Below are positions 1 to 7,990 of a stretch of DNA of 59,880 nucleotides, in pieces (position 1 is the stretch's first letter; every line of letters begins with the position of its first letter). The position numbers and the translations under genes are program-made. The stretch is from a virus (lineage: Duplodnaviria > Caudoviricetes), in the IMG/VR virus record IMGVR_UViG_3300008266_000061, positions 1 to 59,880 of that record; one strand, written 5' to 3'. The notes beneath the pieces were generated by a model, which saw only the letters and a list, made by a program, of their open reading frames with translations, was not told the origin of the DNA and did not search any database.

Positions 1-831
1 ATGGGGGGGTCGTTGTGCTGCATTCTCGACTTTAACAAGTCGTTAACAATTTATATGTCAATACACAATGTTTTTAAGCTAACCTGTTGAAAATCAGTGG
101 ACAAAAAAGTTAAGGGTTTATTTGGATATGGGGGTGCTATGCCCTATATTTGGGGAAATCCCCCACAACTTATTGGTTTTCATCGTGTTACATGAGCCCT
201 GCGCCGGTATACCTCGCTGCCTCTATAGGTAATCATATAGCACTAGGTAAGGGACACATAGCGCCAATAGGTATAGGGGCACATAAATGCCTCGTGCACG
301 CCCGCACATTAGGCCTCCCCAAGGTAGGTTGCCCCGACCAAAAGTAACAGGCCCTCTGAACCCCGCGAAAACACACGGAAATCGCTTTAAATCGCATATC
401 TCGGCATGGGTGGTATCTACATACGTCCGAGCCCGAGATAATGCCTCTATGCCCCCTCAAAATGCTATTGAGAATGGTTCTAAATAAGGCGGGAATCCAA
501 GGTAAATAGTCTCTAACACACTGACATGCAGCACGTTACGCAATCACCGCAGCCTGTAGGAATGCAAGAGTAGGCCTGCCCGAGGGCCACAGCGCAGACG
601 CGACAGGGGCTGTTAATGATAAGTTAAATATGGCCCGAGCATGGTCAGTTTGTATAGTTAACCGACGCAAACACGGCACACGATGAGACTTTAGCGGTAT
701 CTTGTTGATAGTCAATGAGTTAGTCTACTTTGCCCACCGAGCGGAGACCGAGACAGGTTGCAGTATGTATGCGCATAATAGTTTACTATCTACACAGGTC
801 GGGCAGGCGGGCGGGCATGGTAGGCGGCATG

Positions 832-847
832 TGTTCCACGTGGAACG
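832..847. promoter_or_regulatory. parS-like palindrome TGTTCCACGTGGAACG
   Basis: Perfect 14-bp palindrome GTTCCACGTGGAAC (833-846); close to the chromosomal parS consensus TGTTNCACGTGAAACA; lies in non-coding DNA. Confidence 0.65.
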
Positions 848-991
848 TATTCGACCCCACCCCTTCTGCCAAGGTCACTTCGGAAATTTTTTTTTCGCGG
901 GGGGGACTAGGGGGGGACCCCAACCCTAGTTAGTTTACGGTTGGTGTGTAAAAACAAGGGGTTAAATTATTTGGAGTTATGAAAGTTTATG

Positions 992-999
992 TATATTTG
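992..999 (+). promoter_or_regulatory. Bacteroidota sigma-A -7 promoter element (TATATTTG)
   Basis: Matches TAnnTTTG; TTTG at 970-973 upstream; precedes ATG at 1015. Confidence 0.65.
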
Positions 1000-1014
1000 G
1001 GAAAAATTTTGATT

Positions 1015-1413
1015 ATGACGGACGCATCACGGGACTATCGGGACAACATGTACGGCATGAGTTCGGTTAGCCAGTTTTTAAAGCGGAAGAAGAAGAAGGA
1101 CGACGCGGTAAAGGTTGAGTGCGGCAAGGCGGACGGTGAGGAGTGTGGCTCGACGCTTGGGGGCAACGAGACCGTACGGAAAGCGCCTAAGAAGAAGAGG
1201 GGCATGGACTCTGAGGGGGAGAAGAACGAGGTAATGACCAAGAAGGAGGCTGATGATCGTGCCGTGGATTTTGAAAAGAATCGCCAAGAGGCTGTCCCGA
1301 TGGTAAACAAGACCAGGAAGCAGTTGGAGGAGGAGGACGAGCAGGCTAAGGCGGACTATAAGAAGTATGGCCGCAACAAGCCGGTGTCGGCGTCTAATAA
1401 GTCAAAGTATTGA
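1015..1413 (+). CDS. Hypothetical charged protein
   Basis: ORF 979..1413; start moved to ATG 1015, downstream of the promoter element. Confidence 0.7.
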   Translation: MTDASRDYRDNMYGMSSVSQFLKRKKKKDDAVKVECGKADGEECGSTLGGNETVRKAPKKKRGMDSEGEKNEVMTKKEADDRAVDFEKNRQEAVPMVNKTRKQLEEEDEQAKADYKKYGRNKPVSASNKSKY

Positions 1414-1416
1414 CGT

Positions 1417-1536
1417 ATGGCAAGGTCACTAGGAAGCGGGGTCAAGCAGACCTTTGGAAAGAGAAAGGACGGCAAGTCGTGTAAGCGTCGTTCCCCTAAA
1501 GATAAAAATGTTAAACCATCAAGAGGACAGGGATGA
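1417..1536 (+). CDS. Small basic protein (39 aa, ends SRGQG)
   Basis: Manual translation MARSLGSGVKQTFGKRKDGKSCKRRSPKDKNVKPSRGQG; ATGA-coupled to the next gene. Confidence 0.7.
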   Translation: MARSLGSGVKQTFGKRKDGKSCKRRSPKDKNVKPSRGQG

Positions 1537-1685
1537 AAGCAAAAATGGGACTATATGCAAACATCAACGCCAAGCGTAAGCGAATTGCTGAGGGCTCGGG
1601 CGAGAAGATGAGGAAGCCGGGTACTGCTGGCGCTCCTAAGCTGAGGGACTTTATCAAGTCAAAGCTGACTGCAAAGAAAAAGTAA
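1533..1685 (+). CDS. Small basic protein of the GLYANIxAKRKRI..GSGEKMRKPG type (50 aa)
   Basis: Manual translation; motif recognised from uncultured aquatic phages. Confidence 0.75.
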   Translation: MKAKMGLYANINAKRKRIAEGSGEKMRKPGTAGAPKLRDFIKSKLTAKKK

Positions 1686-1705
1686 AATTTTAAAAATCAA
1701 ATACA

Positions 1706-1957
1706 ATGGCAATTCGTAAAGCAATGTCTAAGAAGACAGGTCCTCCATTAAAGGGCGCCACAACAGCTGCCGCAAAACCAAAAGGAGGCGCGCAGTTTCT
1801 CCCGAAGGGCATACCTGCTGGAACGGTTGCAAAAGGAGCTTCACTTGCGGAAAAAGTAAAAATAGCAAAGCAGCTTTACAAAGACAATCCGAGTAAAGTT
1901 TATTCGGATGCTGTAAAGAAAGCTGAAAAAAACCTAATGGATTCTAAGAAAAAATAA
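1706..1957 (+). CDS. Lys/Ala-rich basic protein
   Basis: ORF track; A-rich leader; TAATG coupling to the next gene. Confidence 0.7.
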   Translation: MAIRKAMSKKTGPPLKGATTAAAKPKGGAQFLPKGIPAGTVAKGASLAEKVKIAKQLYKDNPSKVYSDAVKKAEKNLMDSKKK

Positions 1958-2220
1958 TGGCAAGGTCAGCAGCATGGCAACGCAAGGAGGGTAAGAACCC
2001 TGAAGGAGGCTTGAACGCCAAGGGGCGTGCCTCGTATAAGCGCGAGACTGGAGGTACCTTGAAGCCACCGGTTTCTGCTGCCCAGGCCAAGAAATCACCC
2101 AAGTCTGCTGCCAGACGCAAGTCGTTTTGTGCAAGGATGGGTGGAATGCCCGGTCCGATGAAAAAACCTAACGGTAAACCCACAAGAAAGGCACTTGCCC
2201 TTCGCAAGTGGGACTGTTAA
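1957..2220 (+). CDS. Conserved basic phage protein (DUF6321-like)
   Basis: WQRKEGKNPEGGLNAKGRASY...RRKSFCARM...ALRKWDC signature. Confidence 0.8.
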   Translation: MARSAAWQRKEGKNPEGGLNAKGRASYKRETGGTLKPPVSAAQAKKSPKSAARRKSFCARMGGMPGPMKKPNGKPTRKALALRKWDC

Positions 2221-2242
2221 TTAACTATATTTGCACAGGGCC

Positions 2243-2470
2243 ATGCACTTTAACTTTTTCGCAGATATAGACCTAGCAAAGTCGGGAGAGTCACTACTAA
2301 CGGCTACAGGATTTCTGGCACTTGGGACGATGTTTGAGGGGATGGACTTGCAGCATATGCACATACCACCGATTATCCTTGAATTTGCCAAGTTGTGCGC
2401 CTACCTCGGAGCGGGGATGTCGTTCTTTAAGTTCATAGTCGGGCTGTTCATCAAACGCAAGGAGAAGTGA
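2243..2470 (+). CDS. Small two-TM membrane protein (possibly holin-like)
   Basis: Two hydrophobic segments, basic C-terminus; TATATTTG at 2226-2233 supports start at ATG 2243. Confidence 0.55.
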   Translation: MHFNFFADIDLAKSGESLLTATGFLALGTMFEGMDLQHMHIPPIILEFAKLCAYLGAGMSFFKFIVGLFIKRKEK

Positions 2471-2679
2471 TCCTGACTATTATCATATTATTTATCATCG
2501 CGTACTTCGTGTACGACACCTGGGCCGCAAGTAAGATTGTCCAGGAGAGCCAAAACCGTATCCTTGACAAGCTCAACAGCCTAATCGACGGCGTGAAGAC
2601 GTTCTTTACCGTTACCCTAGTGGAAAGGCTTTCGTCTCCCAAGGATACCGAGTCAGAAGACGACGACATCGAGCTATAG
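2467..2679 (+). CDS. Small protein with N-terminal membrane anchor
   Basis: GTGA overlap with the previous gene; hydrophobic N-terminus, acidic tail. Confidence 0.6.
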   Translation: MILTIIILFIIAYFVYDTWAASKIVQESQNRILDKLNSLIDGVKTFFTVTLVERLSSPKDTESEDDDIEL

Positions 2680-2723
2680 ACATTAGCAAGACACGGTTCC
2701 GTGCAGGGACCGTTGTAGTTGCG

Positions 2724-2753
2724 AAAAGGCCGGGGTGATAGCCGGCTTTTTTT
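2724..2753 (+). terminator. Intrinsic terminator, possibly bidirectional
   Basis: AAAAG-GCCGG-N8-CCGGC-T7 between convergent blocks. Confidence 0.7.
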
Positions 2754-3036
2754 ATAACTCGTAGCTATCCTCGCACCATATCGGCGTCTTTTCCCCCACG
2801 TAAGCACCGGCCACGTTGTACTGAAAGTGTTCGATGGCGTCCTCTGGGTCCATGCCCTCCACCTCGATGAGTATCTCAAGGCACTTCTTGCACGAATAGA
2901 TGAGGCGGGAAGACCCGTAGTCAACGCCAATTACAGCGTCGTCAAACCCGTCGGCGATAAGGAACTCGTCTTCCGGGTATAGTTCGACGAGGAGTTCGAG
3001 GTAGTTCTTGTATTCCTTTATGTTATTCGTGTCCAT
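2752..3036 (-). CDS. Conserved phage hypothetical protein
   Basis: ADGFDDAVIG...EDAIEHFQYNVAGAYVGEKTP motif; start taken at MDTNN. Confidence 0.75.
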   Translation of the reverse strand: MDTNNIKEYKNYLELLVELYPEDEFLIADGFDDAVIGVDYGSSRLIYSCKKCLEILIEVEGMDPEDAIEHFQYNVAGAYVGEKTPIWCEDSYEL

Positions 3037-3310
3037 TTTTCCAAATTTCTTTAGCGATTTCAATTAACTCATCATGGCTGTGAGAGACATACTCTCCCTT
3101 GACGCTGTCTCCCCACCACTTGCCGTCCTTTGGGGACTCAAGGTAGTAGATTACGTCCTTTTCCTCGGCGTCATAGCTCCACGAGGAGACCTTAGCCTTG
3201 TAGATTGCCAGGTGATCGGTTGGTTGGTTGTGGTCGTACCACATCGAGATGGCGTAGACCTCCGTGCCTGGCTCGTAGGCAAAGATTGTGTAGGTTGTTC
3301 TGCTTTTCAT
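3023..3310 (-). CDS. Hypothetical protein
   Basis: ORF track; start context AAACGAAATG. Confidence 0.7.
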   Translation of the reverse strand: MKSRTTYTIFAYEPGTEVYAISMWYDHNQPTDHLAIYKAKVSSWSYDAEEKDVIYYLESPKDGKWWGDSVKGEYVSHSHDELIEIAKEIWKNGHE

Positions 3311-3365
3311 TTCGTTTATTTCGTTTGTTTTTGTAACAAATCTGGTAAAATTTTGTTACAGTTAG

Positions 3366-3454
3366 TAGTCAGGACAGGAATCGAACCTGCATACAGGTAG
3401 GTTATGTACACTTACCGTTTGAAGAACCTTGCGATACCATTCCGCCACCTGACT
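3366..3454 (-). tRNA. tRNA-like gene with aberrant anticodon arm (identity undetermined)
   Basis: Acceptor AGTCAGG/CCTGACT, D-arm GCGGAATGGTATCGC, T-arm GCAGG-TTCGATT-CCTGT; stem AGGTT/AACCT encloses 21 nt starting CT-TCA-AA; no encoded CCA. Confidence 0.7.
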
Positions 3455-3482
3455 ATTGTCACAATTCTTCAAATATTTGTGA

Positions 3483-3710
3483 CTACATCTTCATAATCTT
3501 TTTCAGATACAGCGCAAGGTCAAGCGCCTCCTCGTAAGCGTGTTGCAGCCACTCTCTTGGGGTGAGGTCTTTGCGGTCCATCGTCTGTTTGTACTGCGAG
3601 AATCCTTTCTTCTCACGCATAAGCATATCCATGATTACCTCATTGAGTAGATCAGAGGCGTGTTTTATCGGCTTATTGTCGCTTGTATGTCCCATCGGTA
3701 GGTGTGCCAT
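3483..3710 (-). CDS. Conserved phage protein, possibly MazG-like all-alpha NTP pyrophosphatase
   Basis: KG..QY..TMDRKDL...WLQHAYEEALDLALYL with an EExxD motif. Confidence 0.55.
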   Translation of the reverse strand: MAHLPMGHTSDNKPIKHASDLLNEVIMDMLMREKKGFSQYKQTMDRKDLTPREWLQHAYEEALDLALYLKKIMKM

Positions 3711-3853
3711 TTGTTTTCTCTTCCCGTTAACTTGTCGAGCTTGTAGCAGTCGTTTAAGACCTTGGTCTTGGCCGAATCAGGACTCTTGGCTCGTGCCTTA
3801 GCGTTGTGGACGAGTTTGTCCCCATCCCAAACCGTTATTACGTAGTTATTCAT
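3665..3853 (-). CDS. Hypothetical protein
   Basis: ORF track; tiles with neighbours. Confidence 0.6.
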   Translation of the reverse strand: MNNYVITVWDGDKLVHNAKARAKSPDSAKTKVLNDCYKLDKLTGRENKWHTYRWDIQATISR

Positions 3854-4043
3854 GTATTCCGTATGTTGAGTTTACCCAAACCCTTACCTGACTGCTCTCA
3901 AAGTGCCTGATCTCCCCGCCCTTGAGCAAAACAACCGTTATCTCGTCGTTCTCATACATCCCGCCGGGCGTTATGTAGAGGATGTATCCGTCACCCAGGG
4001 GTGTTGTCACCGGTATCGGATGCGGAGCGAAGGTCGTCATCAC
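3846..4043 (-). CDS. Conserved phage hypothetical protein
   Basis: PIPVTTPLGDGY...ENDE.TVVL..GEIRHF motif; coupled to neighbours. Confidence 0.7.
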   Translation of the reverse strand: MMTTFAPHPIPVTTPLGDGYILYITPGGMYENDEITVVLLKGGEIRHFESSQVRVWVNSTYGIHE

Positions 4044-4200
4044 ACTTTTTCAATAACTGTTGGATTTCTTGCTGCCTCATCTTCTTTAGCGTCGATATGT
4101 TGGCCATCACCACCTCCATTATCCTTTCCCTCGTTTCTTGGTTGGCCGTCTGGAGCTGTTCCACTAGGTACTCCGTCAGCGCCTGCTTGGTTTTTTTCAT
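3991..4200 (-). CDS. Hypothetical helical protein overlapping the upstream gene
   Basis: Amphipathic translation; overlaps the low-complexity tail of 4040..4516. Confidence 0.5.
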   Translation of the reverse strand: MKKTKQALTEYLVEQLQTANQETRERIMEVVMANISTLKKMRQQEIQQLLKKCDDDLRSASDTGDNTPG

Positions 4201-4516
4201 CTATTTGTCGTTTTATGTCTGATATGCCCTGGTAAACTAACGCCCAATACTCCACGGGGAGGGTTGCCAGGTTTTTTAACGTCTCCTCCATCATCTGGAC
4301 CGCGTTGAGGTAAGAGTCCCCCTCCTGCACGTCCCCAAGCATCTTGAAGAGTGGCATCAACTCTTTTTCAAGCTTTGACACCAAGGTCTTAGAGTGCATC
4401 TTTAAGTCGTGCTTGAAGAACCCGAACTCAATACACTCGTCGTGGCATTGGGCATAGATCTGCTGTGCGGCTAATGCGGTAACAACTAACCGCGCTTTTG
4501 TTTCTCTTTCGTTCAT
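4040..4516 (-). CDS. Hypothetical protein
   Basis: Start moved to ATG 4516 downstream of minus-strand TATATTTG at 4532-4539. Confidence 0.7.
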   Translation of the reverse strand: MNERETKARLVVTALAAQQIYAQCHDECIEFGFFKHDLKMHSKTLVSKLEKELMPLFKMLGDVQEGDSYLNAVQMMEETLKNLATLPVEYWALVYQGISDIKRQIDEKNQAGADGVPSGTAPDGQPRNEGKDNGGGDGQHIDAKEDEAARNPTVIEKV

Positions 4517-4572
4517 TTCGTTTTGTTTGTGCAAATATACAACACGTAAGTGTGTTTGCAACAATTTTAACT

Positions 4573-4827
4573 TTAATTTGCGCTAAAAAGAAAGCTAACG
4601 TCGCTCATAATCATTTCGTCTACCTGCTCCATTGAGAGCCCGACAATAAAGTCGTCACCCCCAGAGCTAATCATGCATAAGTTCTTGTAGTTCTGATAGG
4701 GCCTCACGTTGTCTATCCGATAAAAGATGGCGGGTTCGCACTCATACCTATCCGGCGTAGAGCCAACCAGGTCCGCGATCTTCTTTTCGTCGGTGTCCAC
4801 CACTATTGGAAGAATAACTCTAAGCAT
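4573..4827 (-). CDS. Hypothetical protein
   Basis: ORF track; tiles with neighbours. Confidence 0.7.
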   Translation of the reverse strand: MLRVILPIVVDTDEKKIADLVGSTPDRYECEPAIFYRIDNVRPYQNYKNLCMISSGGDDFIVGLSMEQVDEMIMSDVSFLFSAN

Positions 4828-4828
4828 G

Positions 4829-5071
4829 TCAGTCCAAATTTACTCGCCTATAACCCAATGCCCATAAAAACTCGGAGATTTTTACCCCATACTCTTCAAC
4901 ATACGACTCGTCCCAATGCTTAAACTCGTGGTGTAAATACTCGTGAATCGCTACCTCTAAATGCTCCTTTGCCGGGAGCCGTGGATCAATCTCAATCAAG
5001 CCGTCGTCATGGTAAAGGCCCCTTGCCTTTTCCCTTCCGAGCTTTCTGTATTTGATTCTGAAGTTTTCCAT
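4829..5071 (-). CDS. Small HExxH zincin-like metallopeptidase (ImmA/IrrE-like fold)
   Basis: RGLY..DGLIEIDPRL...VAIHEYLH...E..VE pattern. Confidence 0.65.
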   Translation of the reverse strand: MENFRIKYRKLGREKARGLYHDDGLIEIDPRLPAKEHLEVAIHEYLHHEFKHWDESYVEEYGVKISEFLWALGYRRVNLD

Positions 5072-5150
5072 TACACGTCACGTTATGCAAAATACAGAAA
5101 AAAATGCACATCCTACGTAACAAAAACACGCATAAAAATGTTACGAGTGA

Positions 5151-6170
5151 TTACTTAATCTTGCCGTCAACAATTCGGTAGTTTGTAACCTCAAAGTCAT
5201 CATTATCAAACACTTTGACGTGTGCAAACCCGTGGGTAAACTTGTTGATTGGCATATAGTCGGGGTGCAGCTCGCAAAGACACGCTACCGACCAGCAGGT
5301 GGTAACCTTTCCGTTGATGTTTGGCTCGGTATGCTCCGATGTTTGGTGGTGGTGTCCGCAGATTGCGTTGTCTTTTGCTCTGAGATAAAGTCCACGAGCG
5401 ATGTTTACCGGGCTGAACATGCTTGACCCAAACTCGTGGCCGTGGAGGGCAACTAGCTTACCCATACGCACAAGCTGCTTGTCTGGGATGAACGTGATGT
5501 TCAGCTTGTCAAGGTGCATGATGGATTGCAGGGAAAACTCCTCGATTCCAACAAGGTCTGACGCGTTGTTGATCAGGTAGTGGTCCCATCGGATGTCGTG
5601 GTTTCCGGCCTTGAAGTATATTGCCTGTGTAGGGAACAATCGTCGCAGAGTGTAGAGGAAGTCCCTTGCCATGTAGATTTCTGACGCGAGGTCGCGCTTG
5701 CGCGGGTCCTTTTGGAATCGGCTGATTGCGTAGAAGTCAATGAGGTCCCCGTTAATGTAGATCGTGTTGACCTCATTTTCAAGACCGTACTTGAGTGCAG
5801 CTGTGAGTGCAGGGATGTTGTGATATGGTACGTGAATGTCGGTGAGAAAGAGTATATCATTGTGGTTGACTGGGAATTTATACGGATTGTACTGATTCTC
5901 CTTGGAGTCAGGAAGACCAAGCGGGTTCGCGTCTGGAGCCAGTTCGTTTACGATTTGCTCAAAGGCGTTCATGATTGCGTCTTGAGACCTCTTTATAGAC
6001 TTTTTGACCTTGGTTTTATTTCTTTTCTTCCAGTCATAAAATGCCCTTTTAAAAGATTCAAGCGTGGCACTGGTTCCCGCCTTGTCCCACTCCTCTTGAA
6101 TTTTTTGGTTTTGACTAATGTCTCGCGTGTCGTTTAAGATGTTGCGATAGTTTTGTACGCTATTTTTCAT
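5151..6170 (-). CDS. Calcineurin-like metallophosphoesterase with N-terminal extension
   Basis: Motifs DIH, GDLID, GNHD, HGH, GHHH; minus-strand TATATTTG at 6186-6193. Confidence 0.9.
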   Translation of the reverse strand: MKNSVQNYRNILNDTRDISQNQKIQEEWDKAGTSATLESFKRAFYDWKKRNKTKVKKSIKRSQDAIMNAFEQIVNELAPDANPLGLPDSKENQYNPYKFPVNHNDILFLTDIHVPYHNIPALTAALKYGLENEVNTIYINGDLIDFYAISRFQKDPRKRDLASEIYMARDFLYTLRRLFPTQAIYFKAGNHDIRWDHYLINNASDLVGIEEFSLQSIMHLDKLNITFIPDKQLVRMGKLVALHGHEFGSSMFSPVNIARGLYLRAKDNAICGHHHQTSEHTEPNINGKVTTCWSVACLCELHPDYMPINKFTHGFAHVKVFDNDDFEVTNYRIVDGKIK

Positions 6171-6205
6171 TTGGTTGATATATTGCAAATATAATCACTA
6201 CCCAC

Positions 6206-6235
6206 AAAAAAAACCGCCCCTTTTTAGAGGCGGTT
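6206..6235 (-). terminator. Intrinsic terminator
   Basis: AACCGCCTCT-AAAA-AGGGGCGGTT-T6; the G-U pair works only on the minus strand. Confidence 0.8.
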
Positions 6236-6286
6236 CACACAAACGAAATGAATAAAACAAACTGAACTTGCGCTACGAAACGCAAC
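6206..6286 (-). ncRNA. Putative ~80-nt antisense small RNA
   Basis: TACATTTG promoter element (6291-6298, minus), 5' hairpin (6268-6285), U-rich segment containing UUCAUUUCGUUU, intrinsic terminator; no ORF. Confidence 0.6.
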
Positions 6287-6501
6287 CCAGCAAATGTATC
6301 AACAAACTTTTTTAGTTCGTTCATTTTCTTTTGTTTACGATGACTTTACGCTCCATTTTGTAAAGTAGTTAGTTCCAAAATATAAAATGTGTCCGTGTCC
6401 TTTCGCCCGCCTGCATTATAAGCAGGGTTATCGGAACAAATATGTACATGTCGGTATATTCTAAGCCGTCACCCAGCGTAAACTTTTCGTATGTCACAGA
6501 C

Positions 6502-6807
6502 TCAATTATCTTCATCTAACAGTTTGAACTTTAGTTTGTCGTATTCCCCGACCGGGCGGACAACTTCAAGTTCTTTAAAGTGCCCACCGAGCCAAAGGTA
6601 CATATCGTTTCCTGTCAATTCATACAGTCGGATGTTTATCAACCTCATTAGCGACCGATCTCGCTTGTATTGCTTGTGAGGCTTGTGTGTACCCTTTTTG
6701 GGGCAGCTTACGTCGTCAGTTAGCAGCTTATGCCTCAGAGTCTGGAGGTGTTGCAACTCGGTCAACGTCGATGGCGTAGGTGGTAAGTATATCGGGGTTC
6801 CGTTCAT
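6502..6807 (-). CDS. Hypothetical protein
   Basis: ORF track; overlaps the upstream gene by 80 nt. Confidence 0.6.
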   Translation of the reverse strand: MNGTPIYLPPTPSTLTELQHLQTLRHKLLTDDVSCPKKGTHKPHKQYKRDRSLMRLINIRLYELTGNDMYLWLGGHFKELEVVRPVGEYDKLKFKLLDEDN

Positions 6808-7213
6808 TGAAAAAATCTAATAATAGTTCTTGTTTGGCTGGGTCTAAGTCTGCAATGAAGTGTCGTATCTTATTTCTACGAACCGCATTGAACTCATAGT
6901 CTCTCTTTAGAGTTTTAATAGCGTGGCATACGGTTGCGTGATCTTTATTGATTAACCGGGCAACCTCTGCTAAGGTTTTTGTCGTGCATACCTTGACTGT
7001 TGTCATAAACACCTGCCTAGCAAGGACGATGTCTGCAAGTCTTTTGTCACTCTTGATGTCGCTGGTAGCAACAATAAAGTGTTTGCTAACCTTTTGAAGA
7101 AGCTCGTCTCCATCGGCATCCTCCATCTTGTGAATGTACTCGTAAACCTTTGTGAAGTCGGCTCTCTTAGCTGGTGGAACCATGTCCACTAAATCTTTGA
7201 ATGTATATCTCAT
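6728..7213 (-). CDS. DnaA C-terminal (domain IV) DNA-binding domain protein
   Basis: IVLARQVFM...TLAEVARLINKDHATVCHA resembles the DnaA domain IV signature (RDHTTVxHA); no AAA+ domain. Confidence 0.8.
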   Translation of the reverse strand: MRYTFKDLVDMVPPAKRADFTKVYEYIHKMEDADGDELLQKVSKHFIVATSDIKSDKRLADIVLARQVFMTTVKVCTTKTLAEVARLINKDHATVCHAIKTLKRDYEFNAVRRNKIRHFIADLDPAKQELLLDFFNERNPDILTTYAIDVDRVATPPDSEA

Positions 7214-7232
7214 GTTCGTTTGTTTATAAAGC

Positions 7233-7267
7233 CGTGGCGGGTTAACCCTTATTAATCCCCCGCCACG
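7233..7267 (-). terminator. GC-rich hairpin after ssb (weak terminator or processing stem)
   Basis: CGTGGCGGG / CCCGCCACG arms; short U tract on minus strand. Confidence 0.5.
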
Positions 7268-7281
7268 ACTCTTGGTTAAGG

Positions 7282-7911
7282 TTAGAATGGCAAATCGTCT
7301 CCAGGATGCTCAACGTATTCGGTAGCGTGAGAGTCTAACTTTTTAATTGCACTTACTGACTTGACTTGCGGAAGGAAAATGTCATTAAGATGCTTCTCAA
7401 AGAACTCTTGACGCTCTGAGTCATCCCAAACAACTTGCCCTTTGACCTTTACCTGTTTCATCTCAGGCATATTACCGGGGTTGTCCTTTGTCCACGCCCA
7501 CTTGATGTCCTCTTGTCCTTGACGCAAGTAAAGCATTGTGCGCGTCTTGCCGTCGACCTCCTTTGACCACGGGGTAAGAGTAACCTCCTTCCCCGCATCA
7601 ATGTTAGGCATACACATAAAGAATCCTGATGAGTAACGTGAACTCCACGGCATTTGGATTTGATACTCGCTGTCTTGATCCTTCAGAACTATACAAAGCT
7701 GATCGCCGTAGCCCTGCTCGGAAACACGCTTGAATACGTCTGTGATGTAGCCTGAAAGCGACGTGTAACGCTCCTCGTACCAAATCTTAGTACCGTCTTT
7801 GCTCATGCACTTAATTGAGCCAGCTGTACCCTCAGGAACACGCTTGGCAATCTTACCGCCAGCAATGCTGAGGTAAGTACGGTTTGATGAACCACCTTGA
7901 TTTAATCCCAT
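7282..7911 (-). CDS. ssb: Probable single-stranded DNA-binding protein
   Basis: C-terminal DDLPF tail; next to primase-helicase; own promoter element at 7944-7951. Confidence 0.65.
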   Translation of the reverse strand: MGLNQGGSSNRTYLSIAGGKIAKRVPEGTAGSIKCMSKDGTKIWYEERYTSLSGYITDVFKRVSEQGYGDQLCIVLKDQDSEYQIQMPWSSRYSSGFFMCMPNIDAGKEVTLTPWSKEVDGKTRTMLYLRQGQEDIKWAWTKDNPGNMPEMKQVKVKGQVVWDDSERQEFFEKHLNDIFLPQVKSVSAIKKLDSHATEYVEHPGDDLPF

Positions 7912-7990
7912 AATTTTTGATTAATATTTATTGGTTATATTCGCAAATGTAGCATATATGTTTCTTTTGTGCAAGAAAAAAACTGTTAAA

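Noticed and set aside
150-933. Short ORFs in the first kilobase
   Set aside because: Mutually overlapping, atypical composition, no recognisable motifs; region looks non-coding
2687-2722. Hairpin upstream of the terminator as a separate ncRNA
   Set aside because: No dedicated promoter element; a 3' UTR structure explains it
6248-6265. Plus-strand mini-ORF MNKTN with a good start context
   Set aside because: Five codons, no plus-strand promoter element seen; promoter and terminator polarity favour a minus-strand RNA
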